Positions 11,801 through 24,261 of a stretch of 64,000 nt of DNA are shown in pieces (positions within the stretch are counted from its first letter, which is position 1; each line of letters begins with the position of its first letter). This DNA comes from Raja brachyura. Lineage: Eukaryota. Location: NCBI GenBank assembly GCA_963514005.1, contig OY740804.1:41912001-41976000 (forward strand). The letters are read 5' to 3'. The translations under genes were made by a program, and so were the position numbers. The notes beneath the pieces were generated by a model that searched no databases, had not been told where the DNA came from, and saw only the letters and a list, made by a program, of their open reading frames with translations.

Positions 11801-13893
11801 GTGAGACCAGCTGTTTTGCAGTAACGAAGCTGTCCATTTTAAAATGTCTATAGAGAACTGAAGAATTTAAGTGAGTGAGGTCCAGAATTACACTACAACC
11901 CCCATCTTTCTTTTTGGTATAAATTCTTAATCTCATCGTTAACCTGTTCAGTTTCTGGAGCAGAAAACACCAACATTTTATTTGGCTTGTGCTGCTGAGG
12001 TGGATCTATCCCTGAGATAAACTCAATGGTAGAACCTGGCACAGTATTTAGTATAAACATATCACATGTTATACAGCACCATTCATTGTAAAACAATTGT
12101 AATCTACCTCCAATAGGAGGTTGTGCATCAGAACCTTAAACAAAAGTTCCCTGTACCTCTGCAGTTGGCCTGTAAGCCTGGTGTCTGCTCATATTTCAGT
12201 TGAAGCCACTCAGTCTTGGTGGGTAACCTCGTTGCCCCACTGGCCTCCCCCAGCTCGGTCCAGCACCTGGATCCGACCTTCAGTACACAAACCCTGGTTT
12301 GCGAATAGGTGGCCGTGATATGCTTGGCTTCATCAAACCAATTGTTTTTGCCTCATCATCAATATCACGTATTTGTTTGACAAGGTCCATTCCAAACAGG
12401 AACTCAGGCGTTTGTATATTTGTCACCTTACATAGTGCAGCAAAACTTTTGATTGAGAGTTGGCCTGATGGCATTTTTTCTAATGCAATTTACTTCAAAG
12501 AATGCATTGCATAATAGAGCCAACATATCTTTTTGAGTTTGAGTAATCATGGTCACTTTGACCACAGTGCCAAATGCAGTAATTGCTGCAGCCACCAGTT
12601 GGAGGACGCATTGATGCCGAATCTTTACACAGAATTCTTTACACAGAGAGTGGTGAGTCTCTGGAATTCTCTGCCACAGAAGGTAGTTGAGGCCAGTTCA
12701 TTGGCTATATTTAAGAGGGCGTTAGATGTGGCACTTGTGGCTAAAGGGATCAGGGGGTATGGAGAGAAGGCAGGTACGGGATACTGAGTTGGATGATCAG
12801 CCATGATCACATTGAATGGCGGTGCAGGCTCGAAGGGCCGAATGGCCTACTCCTGCACCTATTTTCTATGTTTCTATGTTTCTATGTTTCTATCTCCTGT
12901 CCTCTCATAGAAGGACTCATGGGTGCCCAGATACTGGGTTCACCGTGGGCACTTTCAGTGATGCACAGTAAACAGCTGTCTTATATTTATAGGTAGTCTC
13001 TTGCATCATAAATTGCTGGAGCTGGTGAGACACTAAATAATTGATATTGTTGGCAAGGTACTCCTCCATTGCCTCACCAGTCCCCTCCGGAATAGCAAAC
13101 TCATTGCAATATCCGGGACACCCGGAGCGTGGCTCTTGTGCTCTGGTGTTTGCACATAAGCAGGGACACCAGACATAGGGTCAGCTGCATCCTGCCCCGC
13201 TTCTCCCAAGTCATATTGTAGGGAGGCATCCTCCAGTCCTAAACAAGGTGCTGGAAGGAAATCCCCTTGCTGATAGTCCACATATTCTTCTTGATATGGG
13301 CCTTCCTGAACAGCTGTCTGGGGAATCACTGGGCCCTTAGACCTTTGATTTATGAAAGTTTGGAGCATCTTCTCCATATTTTGCATCCTCCACCACATTC
13401 TTTTATTATCTAGAGGGGAGTCACCTTCTTCCTCAGACTCGTCTGACAACACGGGTCTGATAGATTTTCTTTCTCTTTTTGCCTTTCTATGGCTATCGGT
13501 GGCCTCAGGCTCCTGAGTCCCTGGAGCTGGTGTAGAAAGTTCACCTCTAATATAACGGCTGTCGGTAAAACGGCACCCGGTATCGGAACCGGTGTTGCCG
13601 CGCTAATCTCCCGACCCGATCTAATTTGTGAATCCGCATTACTGGACCCACGCTACTATGAACTTTCCTACCTACCGCTCCATACCACCAACTCCTACTG
13701 ACTGCTCTAGCCAGCTTTACGGAGTTAAAAATTCCCAGGCAAAGTTTTCAAAACCACTTACCTGGGAGGTTTCTACTTACCGCTGGTGGAGCTGCGCCCT
13801 CCAGCCCGTTCAGTGCGACATGCGCGGACGTAATGACGGCATGCGCCTGGCGGAGCTTCTTCACGTAGTCACTCACGTGACTCCGAAGTAAAA
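8891..13893 (-). mobile_element. Full-length DIRS1-type tyrosine-recombinase retrotransposon (degenerate ORFs)
   Basis: YR 9366-10292 (HSRAASTS, ILAAAGWS); RT/RNaseH/MT ~10330-12100 (AYLDDILI, QIDNTT, DLFASRLN, AFPPF); gag-like 12280-13452. ICR at ~9125-9213 is complementary to both termini. CR1 insert at ~12627-12890. Confidence 0.92.
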
Positions 13894-14685
13894 TTATGTA
13901 CATCCTGCATGTCTTTGTCCATGACAAGCCCTGTCTTATGAACATGTTTAGGTTTTTTGAGGCAGTAACGAATATGATCAATGAGGCTAGGGCAATGGAT
14001 GTTCCCATGGGTTTTAGTACGGCATCTGATAAAGTTCTTCATAGGATGCTGATCCAGATGATTCAGATGTATATGGACCGCAGTGACTTGACCGTTTGGA
14101 TTCCAAACTGGCTTACCAGAAATTGTGGTGTAAGAGTTATTCTGGGTGGAGATCCACATGGATCTGTGCTGGGACATCTATTATTTGTGATGTAAGACAA
14201 TAAGATATAGGAGCAGAATTAGGCCCATCAATAATTATAATAATACATTTTATGGTATGCAACTTCCGTCCGATGTCATAACTAAATCAACTAAAAATTT
14301 AGATACCCAGAGAACCATGATTTATTAAAAAAAAACAGTAAAACAGTATAAAGTGCAAATAGGTCTGTGCTGGGTCGATGTGCGATGTGGCCATTCGAGG
14401 GAGACAGTTCATGGGGGGCCACTCAGCAGGGCCGGTTCAGAGCAGCTATAGCTCTGTGGATGAAACTGTTCCTAAGTCTGGAGGTGCGGGCGTAGAAGGC
14501 CTTGTAACGTCTGCCGGAAGGTCGAAGTACGAACAGACTACTCTGTTCACTCACTCAATTTTGCCAACTCCAAGTAATCTTTGACAGTCTTACTAATCAA
14601 GAACCTATCAATCTCCTCTTTAAAAATATCCAATATCTTTGCATCCACAGCGCCTGTGGCAATGAATTCCACAGATTCTTCACCT

Positions 14686-16185
14686 GGAGTGTTCACCAAT
14701 TCAAAACCAGGAGGCAGCTCAAGTGACAACAAAGCATTACTCCCAGATGAGCTCAAGGCATTCTATGCATGGTTTGTTAGGGAGAACACTGTTGTGCCCT
14801 CCCAGTCTCCTATATCCCCCAATGGTATTACAATCTCAGTCACAGAGGCAAACATCAGAAGGTACTTCAGGAGGGTTGGTTATTGTGCATATCAATTCCT
14901 ACCTCAACAAGAATCTGGACCCACGACAACTTGCCTGCTGTCACAACAGGTCAATGGAGGATGTGATCTCTCTGGCCCTCCACTCTGCATTGGGCAACTT
15001 GGACAATAAGAACACCTACCTCAGGCTGTTGTTCATAGTCCACAGCTTGGCATTCAACACCATTATCCTCTCCAAAACAATCACCAAGTTCTGTGCATAT
15101 TCCCCTGCAACTGGATCCTAAACTTCATAATCAACAGAACAGTCAGATGGAATTGGCAGCTTTATCAAACTCTTCTTCTTTGATAACCATCAGCACAGTG
15201 ACACCGCAAGGCCATGTGCTCAGCAAATGCTCGACTCACTCTATACTCATGACTGTGCAGCTGGATATAGATCCAACTGTCTTTACATTCACTGATGATA
15301 CTACCCTTTTGGGGGAAATAACAGATGACGATGAGTCAACATATAGGAAAGAGATCGATCGACTGCGAATGGTAACAACCTTGCTCTTAACATCAGTAAA
15401 GATTAGGAACTGCTTGTTGACTTTAGAAGAGGGTCGAGGATCTACAAACCTGTCTCCATCGATGTGCATATCTCTGAATATCTGTCCTCGACCAATCATG
15501 TTGACTCTCTCAATAAATAATGCCTCAACGCCTCTACTTCCTTAGAAGAATGAGGTGATTTGCTATGTTTAATTTAGAGATATAGCATGGAAACAGACCC
15601 TTTGGCCCACCAAATCTACGGTGAACAATAATCAACCGTAGATCTAGGATAACCTGATTTTGCATCCAACACACGGGCCAAATTTAGGGAAGCCGATTAA
15701 CCTACAAACCTGCATGTCTTTGAAATGTAGAAGGAAACCGGAGCACCCGGAGAAAATCCATGTGGTTACAGGGAAAATGTGCAAACTCCGTGCAAATGGC
15801 ACCCAAATTCAGGATTGAACGTGGGTCTATGGCGCTGTAAGGCAGCAACTGTACGTCTGCACTGTCAATGGTGTGCATCAGGAAACATATTGACTGGTTA
15901 CATCATGGCCTGGTTTGCAATTCGAACAGCCGGGAACAAGAAGATTGCAGACAGTGGTGAACACTGCCCAGCCCATCACGGATACCGACGTTCCCCACTA
16001 TGGATGGGATCTACAGGAGTCGCTGCCTCAAAATGGCAGCCAGCATCAGAGATCCACACCACGCTGGCCACACTCTCATTTCACTCCTACCATCAGAAAG
16101 AAGGCACAGGAGTCTGAAAACTATAATGTCCAGCTTCAGGAAGGGCTTCTACCCAACAACTATTAGGCTATTAAACACAAGATAG
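14686..16185 (+). mobile_element. Rex1/Babar-like LINE fragments, with a tRNA-derived SINE inserted at ~15570-15860
   Basis: LDPRQLAC..NRSMEDVISLALHS, FTDDTTLLG, YRSRCLKMAASIRDPHHAGHTLISLLPS. Confidence 0.75.
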
Positions 16186-16505
16186 ACACAAAATGCTGGA
16201 GTTCTCAGCAGGACAGGCAGAATCTCTGGAGAGAAGGAATGGGTGACGTTTTGGGTTGAGACCCCTCTTCAGACTAATGTTAGGGGAGAGGGAGATACAT
16301 TGATGAGGAAGTGTACTGTGTGAAAACGGGACAAGGGAAATGTAGAATAGCTGGGAGAAGGTAACAACAACGCACAGAGATAAAATGTAACCGGAGACAG
16401 TGAAGGGGAGGGTTGGAGAGAGAGGGAAAACAAGGGTTACTTGAAGTTGCAGAAGTCAATGTTCATACCACTGGGGTGTAAAGTACCTAAACAAAATCTG
16501 AGATT

Positions 16506-19500
16506 CAGGGCCGGATTTACGTATAAACTAGACAAGATTAAGCTCAGGGCCTCGAGATCTAGGGGGGCCTCTGCTCGCTCCACCAAGGTGTATAAACCTT
16601 TTGAGAGTGGCGTTGTTACAAAACTTACCATCGGTGGCGCTGTGCTTGCGATTCCGGAGGCTTTGGTGGTGTGGGGGGAAGGGGGGGGGGAGGGATTAAA
16701 ATGCAGGTGAGGTATGTATTCGTTGTGGAGAGGAATTTGCTCCACAGATCCTTGGATCATTGGAAGTGCAGGACAAAGCAAAAGGTATGTCGTTTATTTA
16801 ACCCTCATCCTTCACAACCTACACACCTCGCCGCCACACGGGGGGCCTACCCAATTCGCCGCCGCACCTCGCCGCCCCACCAGACCCATTGAACCTTGCC
16901 GCCCCAGTGACCATCCGCCCACCGGAACCTCCCACACTTCGCTCGCCACTGTACCGCCCTCCAGCAGCCCGCAGCCGTCGCCTTACCTGCAGCCTGGACT
17001 CAGCACCGGGCCTGAAGTTTCCACAAAAGATACTAGAGGAGCTCCTCTAGTATCTTTGGTTTCTACACTGCAGATTCCCACTCCCCTGGGTTTGACTGCG
17101 CTGGGTCCTAATGCTAGTCCCCTGGTAATCTCAGTGGCTGTTCCACTGGATCTTCCCCATTCCCCTCAAACCATGTGATCCCAGCTCTTCCCCACCCACA
17201 CTACAGTCCTCATACCCCCATACCCCCTGACCACCCACCACCCCCAACCAGACATCACCTCAGCCTTAGCCCACTCACCTGCCTTCCTCCAGCCCCAACC
17301 CCCATCACTGCCATATGTTCACCATTCACCCTGACCTCCTCTTCTCAGATACCGAATGGTTTGGCTGCAGCAGATGCCTCACCTTTGTCCCTTCAATTGG
17401 CCGATAATTAGGAAAGTTTTGAATTGGTCTACCAAGCTGCTTTGTGAGTTGGCTGTTTATTAAGAAGTGAACCTGTTTGTTTAGTTATAAGTTAGCCTTT
17501 TTCAAGCAGATTTGATTCAGGTTTTGCAATATAATTGTCAATAAGGAACAATTCTTTAAGAAATATTACCCAACTATTATACAGATTTTATTTCTTCACT
17601 GCATTTTGTGAGAACGCTGCTTCATGTTTTCCTTTCTAATATCTGTTGAAGATTAATTTTTATTTTTATTTTCAGATTCTAATCTGAGCATGAGTAAAAC
17701 ATTTGAAAGTGGTGTTAGCAAGTGCAAGAGAAAGAGACTTGAAAATGATACGGTAAAGAAGTTAAGACTAATCACTGCTTTCTTGCGTCAGCCACCGACA
17801 GAGGCAACAAGTGCCAGCGGTGAAGCAGATACATTGTTACTAACACAAGGTAATCAGTCTGGTGGAGTTATCCAGCCATCTACTAGCATTCAACCAGAAG
17901 AAAACCTCCCTGAAACAGAGACAGCGGAGCAGGACGTGGAACAGCAAGCTGAATATGAGGAAGCAGCCATGATGCCGGCTCAAACTGAAAATATAGAACT
18001 GATTGATGATGCCAAATATAGATGTACTGCAACAGACGTTGGTTTGTGGACAGAATTATCACATGAGGATGTATCCTATTGGGTAGAAAGCAGCCCCTCT
18101 CAAGTTCAACATCGTTGTGGACCATTTTCAAATTCCAAGCGAGTGTATAAAAATCAGTCTAGGTCTTGCACCAAGGGTCTTTTTTATTCAACAAATGTCA
18201 ATGGAGAAACATATAGCCGAGAGTGGCTTGTGTATTCTCCCTCAAAAGGCTGGATATATTGCTTTGTTTGTAAACTCTTTCCAAACATTGCATCTTATTC
18301 TTCTGCTACATCTTTAGCTTCTGAAAGGTTTGATGATTGGCGAAACCCCTATCTTATCCAAACTCATGAGAACTCAGAGAAGCACAGGAATGCCATGTTG
18401 ACCTGCTTAACAAGAAAACGAGGGCAAACGGTAACGTCAAAGCTACAGGAACAAATAAAAGCAGAGCAGCAGGACTGGCGGCATGTCATGGAGAGAATTG
18501 TTGCCGTAATGTGCACTCTTGCAGAACGAGGCTTACCATTCAGAGGAGCCAATGAACAATTTGGATCTCCAAATAACGGCAATTATCTTGGTCTTTTAGA
18601 GCTAGTTGCAAAATTTGACCAATTTTTACTGGCTAATATCAATCGTTATGGAAACTCCAGATCAGCAAATCCCTCTTATTTGTCAAAAACTGTATGTGAG
18701 GAAATAATTAAACTCATGGCAAGAAAAGTTAAGGATGCAATTCTGGCTGACTTGCAAAAGGCTGGATATTTCAGTTTGTCTACATACCCTAACATTTCAC
18801 ATTCTGATCAGTTGACTTTAATTATCAGATATGTATCACCTGAAGACGATTTACCAAGTGAGAGATTTTTAACTTTCCTTGAGCTAAAAGACCACTCGGG
18901 AGAAAGCATGGCTGATTTTGTGTTTAACTATCTCACTACTGAGCTTGAAATTGACTTTAGAAAATGCTGAGGGCAGTCTTATGACAATGCTACCAACATG
19001 GCTGGTAGGTACAAGGGTATGCAGCAACAAAATCCTCGAAAAAACACATTTGCAAGATTTTTTCCATGCGCTGCTCACTCATTAAATTTGGTGGGCCGTT
19101 CGGCTGTTGTTTGCTGCCTTGATGCAGTGAACTGTTTTGGAATTATCAATGAAATTTATACCTTCTATTCATCCTCCACAAAGAGGTGGGCAGTTCTAAA
19201 ATCATTTTTGCAACCTCAGTCAAAAGTGCCTAAATATTTGTCAGACACTAGGTGGGAGGCACATGCAAAAGCCACAGAAGCTATTTTGGAAAGTTACAGC
19301 GCTATCACTGATGCCCTCAGTCATTAGTACTCTGATGTTAATGTGAAGGGTGATACCAGGCTTCAAGCTAACAATCTTTTGCAGGAAACAGAAGGACTGG
19401 ATGCTTTGGATAAACTCTCTTCAAGAGATAAGAGATAAAATCCTTTATTCCTATACTAGATGCACTTGAAACCAATTTAAAAAGAAGAGGTACTGTGTAC

Positions 19501-20821
19501 ACTGAAGTTGCACAACAGTTTTCCTTTCTTGCTGCTTCAGCAAGGTGTTGAACTGTTGATAGAAGCAAACCCAGAAACATAGAAACATAGAAAATAGGTG
19601 CAGGAGTAGGCCATTCGGCCCTTCGAGCCTGCACCGCCATTCAATGTGATCATGGCTGATCATCCAACTCAGTATCCCGTACCTGCCTTCTCTCCATACC
19701 CCCTGATCCCTTTAGCCACAAGTGCCACATCTAATGCCCTCTTAAATATAGCCAATGAACTGGCCTCAACTACCTTCTGTGGCAGAGAATTCCAGAGACT
19801 CACCACTCTCTGTGTAAAGAATGTTTTCCTCATTTCGGTCCTAAAGGAATTCCCCCTTATCCTTAGACTGTGACCCCTTGTTCTGAAGATGTTGACCTGG
19901 AACTTACAGATGAACGTTTGCACTTTCACTCGTACGTGAGACAAAGCCATAGGCCTACAGAAGAGCACTCTCTGTCTCATACAGACCTTTATCAAATAAT
20001 ATACAAGGAAACAATTCAGTTGGCCTTCCCTAATGTGGAGGCAATCTTGTGGCTGTTTCTTCGTTTCATTAAGCTAAGTCACCAACTGCTCGGGAGAGAG
20101 GTATTTTTCAAGGCTAAAAAGAATTAAAAATGAATTAAGGTCCACAATGTCTCAAGAGAGGTTGTCTGCACTGAGCATTCTATACATTGAGAATGACAAA
20201 CAGATCTTGGTGTACCTCTGGACGATTTTGCTATGAAGAAGGCGAGAAAAAAACATTTTTGCTCTTAGTGTATTTGTAGTTTCTTTATTTCTTAATATTC
20301 CACATTCATTTCAAGAGACACTTATTGTCACATGCACAAATTGGTACAATGAAATTTGGGGGTCACCATCTGACTTCGGAATGGGAGAACATTCTCAGTG
20401 GCTTGGACTTCCGAATCGGCCAGCTCCTACCGGGGACCGCGGCTCCCGAAGTCCACAGGCTGAGCTGGGCGGAGATTCACGCTGGCGTCCCTCGGCAAAG
20501 GGATCCCAGGGCTCCATGATGTTGAAATCAGCGTGGCCTGAGGCTGGGAGCTCCGCAAACCACAGCTCCATGATGTTGAAGCTGCAGGCCCAACATCCCA
20601 GAACTTCAAATTGCGATCCAGGTAAGGCATCGCCTGCTCCGCGGTGAATCCAATATGTGTTTTAAAACCAACTGTTTAATGACAACATACAACAGGATCT
20701 AAATGTGTCACACTGTCACTGTCAGATAGTCATGGTCCTCTAGTCGAGGGGGTGGGGAATTGAGGGGGGGGGGTCACAAGTGAAATAGCTTAGGGCCCCT
20801 CTTCATCTAAGTCCAGCCCTG
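16506..20821 (+). mobile_element. hAT DNA transposon
   Basis: TIRs CAGGGCCGGATTTA (16506-16519) and TAAGTCCAGCCCTG (20808-20821), 12/14 match; encloses a transposase; CR1 insert at ~19574-19880; no 8-bp TSD. Confidence 0.85.
17690..20262 (+). pseudogene. hAT transposase pseudogene (ZMYM1-like/TTF zinc finger, DUF4371-type, hATC dimerisation domain)
   Basis: REWLVYSPSKGWIYCFVCKLF, LAERGLPFRG, GNYLGLLELVAKFD, GQSYDNATNMAG, CAAHSLNLV, TRWEA, LKRIKNELRSTMSQERLSALSIL. Stop at 18968-18970 plus later stops and frameshifts. Confidence 0.88.
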
Positions 20822-22177
20822 CCAACTGTGCATTACATAGAAGTGCTAAAGCATCTTCTGCACTATCGAGAGCTGAACCCATCTACTGCCCTTGTAAAGG
20901 CTGAAATGACATCAGTTAATTGTCTTTGAATACGCTGAAATTTTAAGTCTTGCCCACGTATCACCACTGAGATATCCCAAATGGTGAGATTGACTTTTGG
21001 AACATCCAAAGTCTGGCAGTTCATTTGGACTGATATATTTCCCCGCCGTATCCAACACATACCTCCTCAGCTGATGAGGAGTTAAATCACTGATGCTCTT
21101 AGCCAGATCTCCTCCAGTGGATCTCCTATCCCCAAAGAGATGGCAAATGATGTGACAAGAGCCGGAACTCCTTCATATGATTAAACTGCAGCATATCCCC
21201 CATAAGTTCAGGGATTCAAATTCCTTGACGACATCCCCATAGTCGGAGTTACTTATGTAATAATCTCCAGTACTCCCCTCAATTGAACGGGAGATAAAAT
21301 AACGCAACCCTGAACCAGATGTTGCTTCCCCTGTCTTAACAGGACATATTGTAATGCAAACCTGAGCCAGATATTGCTTCCCCTTTTCTGAGAGGGAGAT
21401 ATATAACACAACCCTGAGCCAGGTGTTGCTTCCACAGGCATCTGACTGGACCATCCTGTAAGTGTCTCTTGAGGCAGGAGCACAATTCTATTACATACGT
21501 ACTGGGCAGGTCGTGCCTGCTAAAGACTCCGAGTCCGAGCTTGCTTCCTTCTGGAGCCTCAACGGAGTCTAGAGGGGAGGAATATAATGTAGCCAGATGT
21601 TGCTTCCTTCAGGAATCTGGATGGCTCCCTATTTGAGCCTCAACCAGTTGCTGGTCCCTTGGAGCCTCAAAAACTGCTCCCTCTCAGAGCCTCAATGTCG
21701 ATAGCTGCATTGGCCGAGCCGTCAGCCTATTTAATGAGGCTGCCTGCTCCTTTTTCAGAGCCTCCATGGCGGTTGTCTCGGCAGAGCCGTCAACCGATTA
21801 ACTTCCAGCTGCTAGTTCCTTTGTAGAGCCTCCACGGCGGTAGCTGTCCCGGTCGAGCCATCAGCCGCTGAATTGCAGCCACCAGCTCGTTACGGAGCCT
21901 TCACAGCGGTCGTTGTGCAGGCCAAGCTGTCAGCCGCTAAACTTCAGCTGCCAGCTCGTTACGGAGCCTCCATGGCAGCAGCTGTACTGGCTGTGCCAGC
22001 TTCTCCGGGCCCACAGTCCCTGTTTTCGGAGCAGCGGCCCGTTCCTGAAACAAAAATCCCTTACCTGCTGGAGCAGTTTCAAACTACTCCAATTCTTGGG
22101 CCATGCGTCGACATTTTGACACGCATGCGGACTGATGGGCCCTTCACATAGTCATTCATGTGACTTCGATATAAAAT
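20822..22177 (-). mobile_element. 5' fragment of a third DIRS1-type element (terminus + gag-like region with internal tandem repeats)
   Basis: CTTCACATAGTCATTCATGTGACTTCGATATAAAAT (22142-22177) matches the DIRS terminus at 13858-13894. Peptide NCQTLDVPKVNLTIWD..IRGQDLKFQRIQ resembles NCASLSVPAVNHAIWG..VRAQEVKL in the element at 49451. Confidence 0.7.
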
Positions 22178-23049
22178 CTTAGTCAAACTCCGAATGGAGC
22201 GGCTGGGTTCGTATAGTCTGGAATTTAGAAGGATGAGAGGCCCTTATTGAAACATATAAGATTATTAAGGGTTTGTACACACTAGAGGCCGGAAACATGT
22301 TCTCAATGTGGGGGAGTCCAGAACCAGGGACCACAGTTTAAGAATAAGGGGTAAGTTAGAACGGAGATAAAGAAAATTTTTCACACAGATACTGGATACT
22401 TTCAAGAGAGAGATAGGGCTCTTAAAGATAGCGGAGTCAGGGGATATGGGGAGAGGGCAGGAATGGTGCACTGATTGAGGAAGATCAGCCATGATCACAT
22501 TGAATGGCAGTGCTGGCTCGAAGCTCTGAATGGCCTTCTCCTGCACCTATTGTCTATTGAGGTTCCCTGTAGGACGCAGCACAGTCAGACACGTGGTGTG
22601 AGAGTCTGCAGCGTGCAGACTCCACACCCAGTGCTGAGCCTAGGACTCTAGTAAGGCGACAGCTGCGGCCCATTGGTGAGCGGTGGAGTGGCCAGGGCCG
22701 GCAGAGTAGCTGGCCAAGGCCTGCGGGGAGTGGAGTAGCACATGGGCGAAGCGTCGGAAATGCCAGTCAGCGGGTGAACGGGAAGGCAGTGAGGGTCGGC
22801 AGGCTGCGGTGAGGCAACAAGGGTCGGCGGTGTCGATAAGTCAGTGATGGTCAGTGGCATGGGGAGGTCAATGAGAGCGGCATCCTTGGTCGTCCAGGGC
22901 TGAGATCGATCAGGAAGGTGGTAAGTGTTGGTGCTGCTCCTCATGGCAGCAATGGTGTTGTGGGGCTGGGCCTAGTGGTGTTCGGGCAGGGGGAGCGGGC
23001 CACAGGTGGGGCCCCGGGCCTGCAGGCGGACGTGTCGTGGATTGTCGTT

Positions 23050-23265
23050 ACCTCCCATCCTATCCTCCCCCAAGCTGGTTACCTCCCATCTCATACTCCC
23101 CTAAGCCGGCTACCCCCCCACTCCCCTTACTCCCTCAAGCTGGTACCTCCATCCATTACCCCTCAAGCTGGCCACCTCCCATTTCATTCTCCCGGAAGCT
23201 GGCTGCCCCCCATACATTACCCCCCAAGCTGGCAGCATCCCATTCACTTTACTCCCCCAAGCTGA
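23050..23265. repeat. ~33-bp tandem repeat (CCCCAAGCTGGCTACCTCCCAT...)
   Basis: AAGCTGG/AAGCCGG core recurs about 7 times. Confidence 0.8.
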
Positions 23266-24261
23266 CTCCCGCCCTGTGACGGGCTGTGGGTCGGCAGCGC
23301 GCACACATGGGGCCATAAACCCAGTAACATCCCCGTCAGCTGCAGCAGAGTTGGGGACAGTCTGGTCCCTACGCCCACCCAGTCACTGACCGCGCTGCAC
23401 CGGCACCACAACCCCCCTACCAGGGTGATTCACCGTCCCCCCCCTCGACCCACACACCGGGGAGATTCGCCCCCACCCCTGGACCCCCACACCGTGGTGA
23501 TTCACCCGGGTAGCGGGCTGTCTGTAGCCCCGCCTGCCCCGTTTCAGCCGCCCCAAACACCAAACGATATTGCCACGTTATTGCTCTTGGAGCTGGTATT
23601 TGGAGAGCTCCCAGTGTGGGCGGCGCTGACCAACATCGAGGAGTCCTGGGACCCTTTGCCGAGGGCCGCCAGCATTGAATGTCCGAACAGCGCGGCCGGT
23701 GGACTTCGGGAGCCGCGGACTCCGGTAGGAAGCGGTCGATTCGGATGTCCAAGCCGTTGAGGTGGTTCTCCCGTTCCAACGTCAGAGGTGAGGGCTTGAA
23801 CATCGGGCCACCCGTGGCGGCGACTGCAAGAGGTTCGGGAGAACAACGGAAGAGGATGACTGAATTTTAGAGCCTTCCCTCTCAGAGGGGAAATTATGAT
23901 TCCGCTGTGTGGGGATGTCTGTGTTAAAGTCTATCGTGTTCTCTGCTCTTTAATATTCAAATGTCTGCATGGTGACAACACATTTCACTGTACCAATTGG
24001 TACATGTGACAAATAAATGTATCTTGTATCTTTGAATTGCTGGGGGATGTGCGACTGCCCTATGACTACAGATATGCATGGAGGCAAGAATAATTTCTTA
24101 TCATTTATGGAGATGGTTGGCATTTTCTTTCATTATAAATAGTACAACCTGAATTCTGAAGAATTCCAAAGAGCACAGTTATCAAAGTTCGTCTCTTAAA
24201 GAAGCAACAAAATTGTTTAAGGTAAACCAAAGCAAATCTTTTATTCACTTTATTCTTTGTA

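Noticed and set aside
17690-18970. ZMYM1-like host gene (426-aa ORF)
   Set aside because: It lies within hAT TIRs, and the transposase homology continues past stops, frameshifts and a CR1 insertion.
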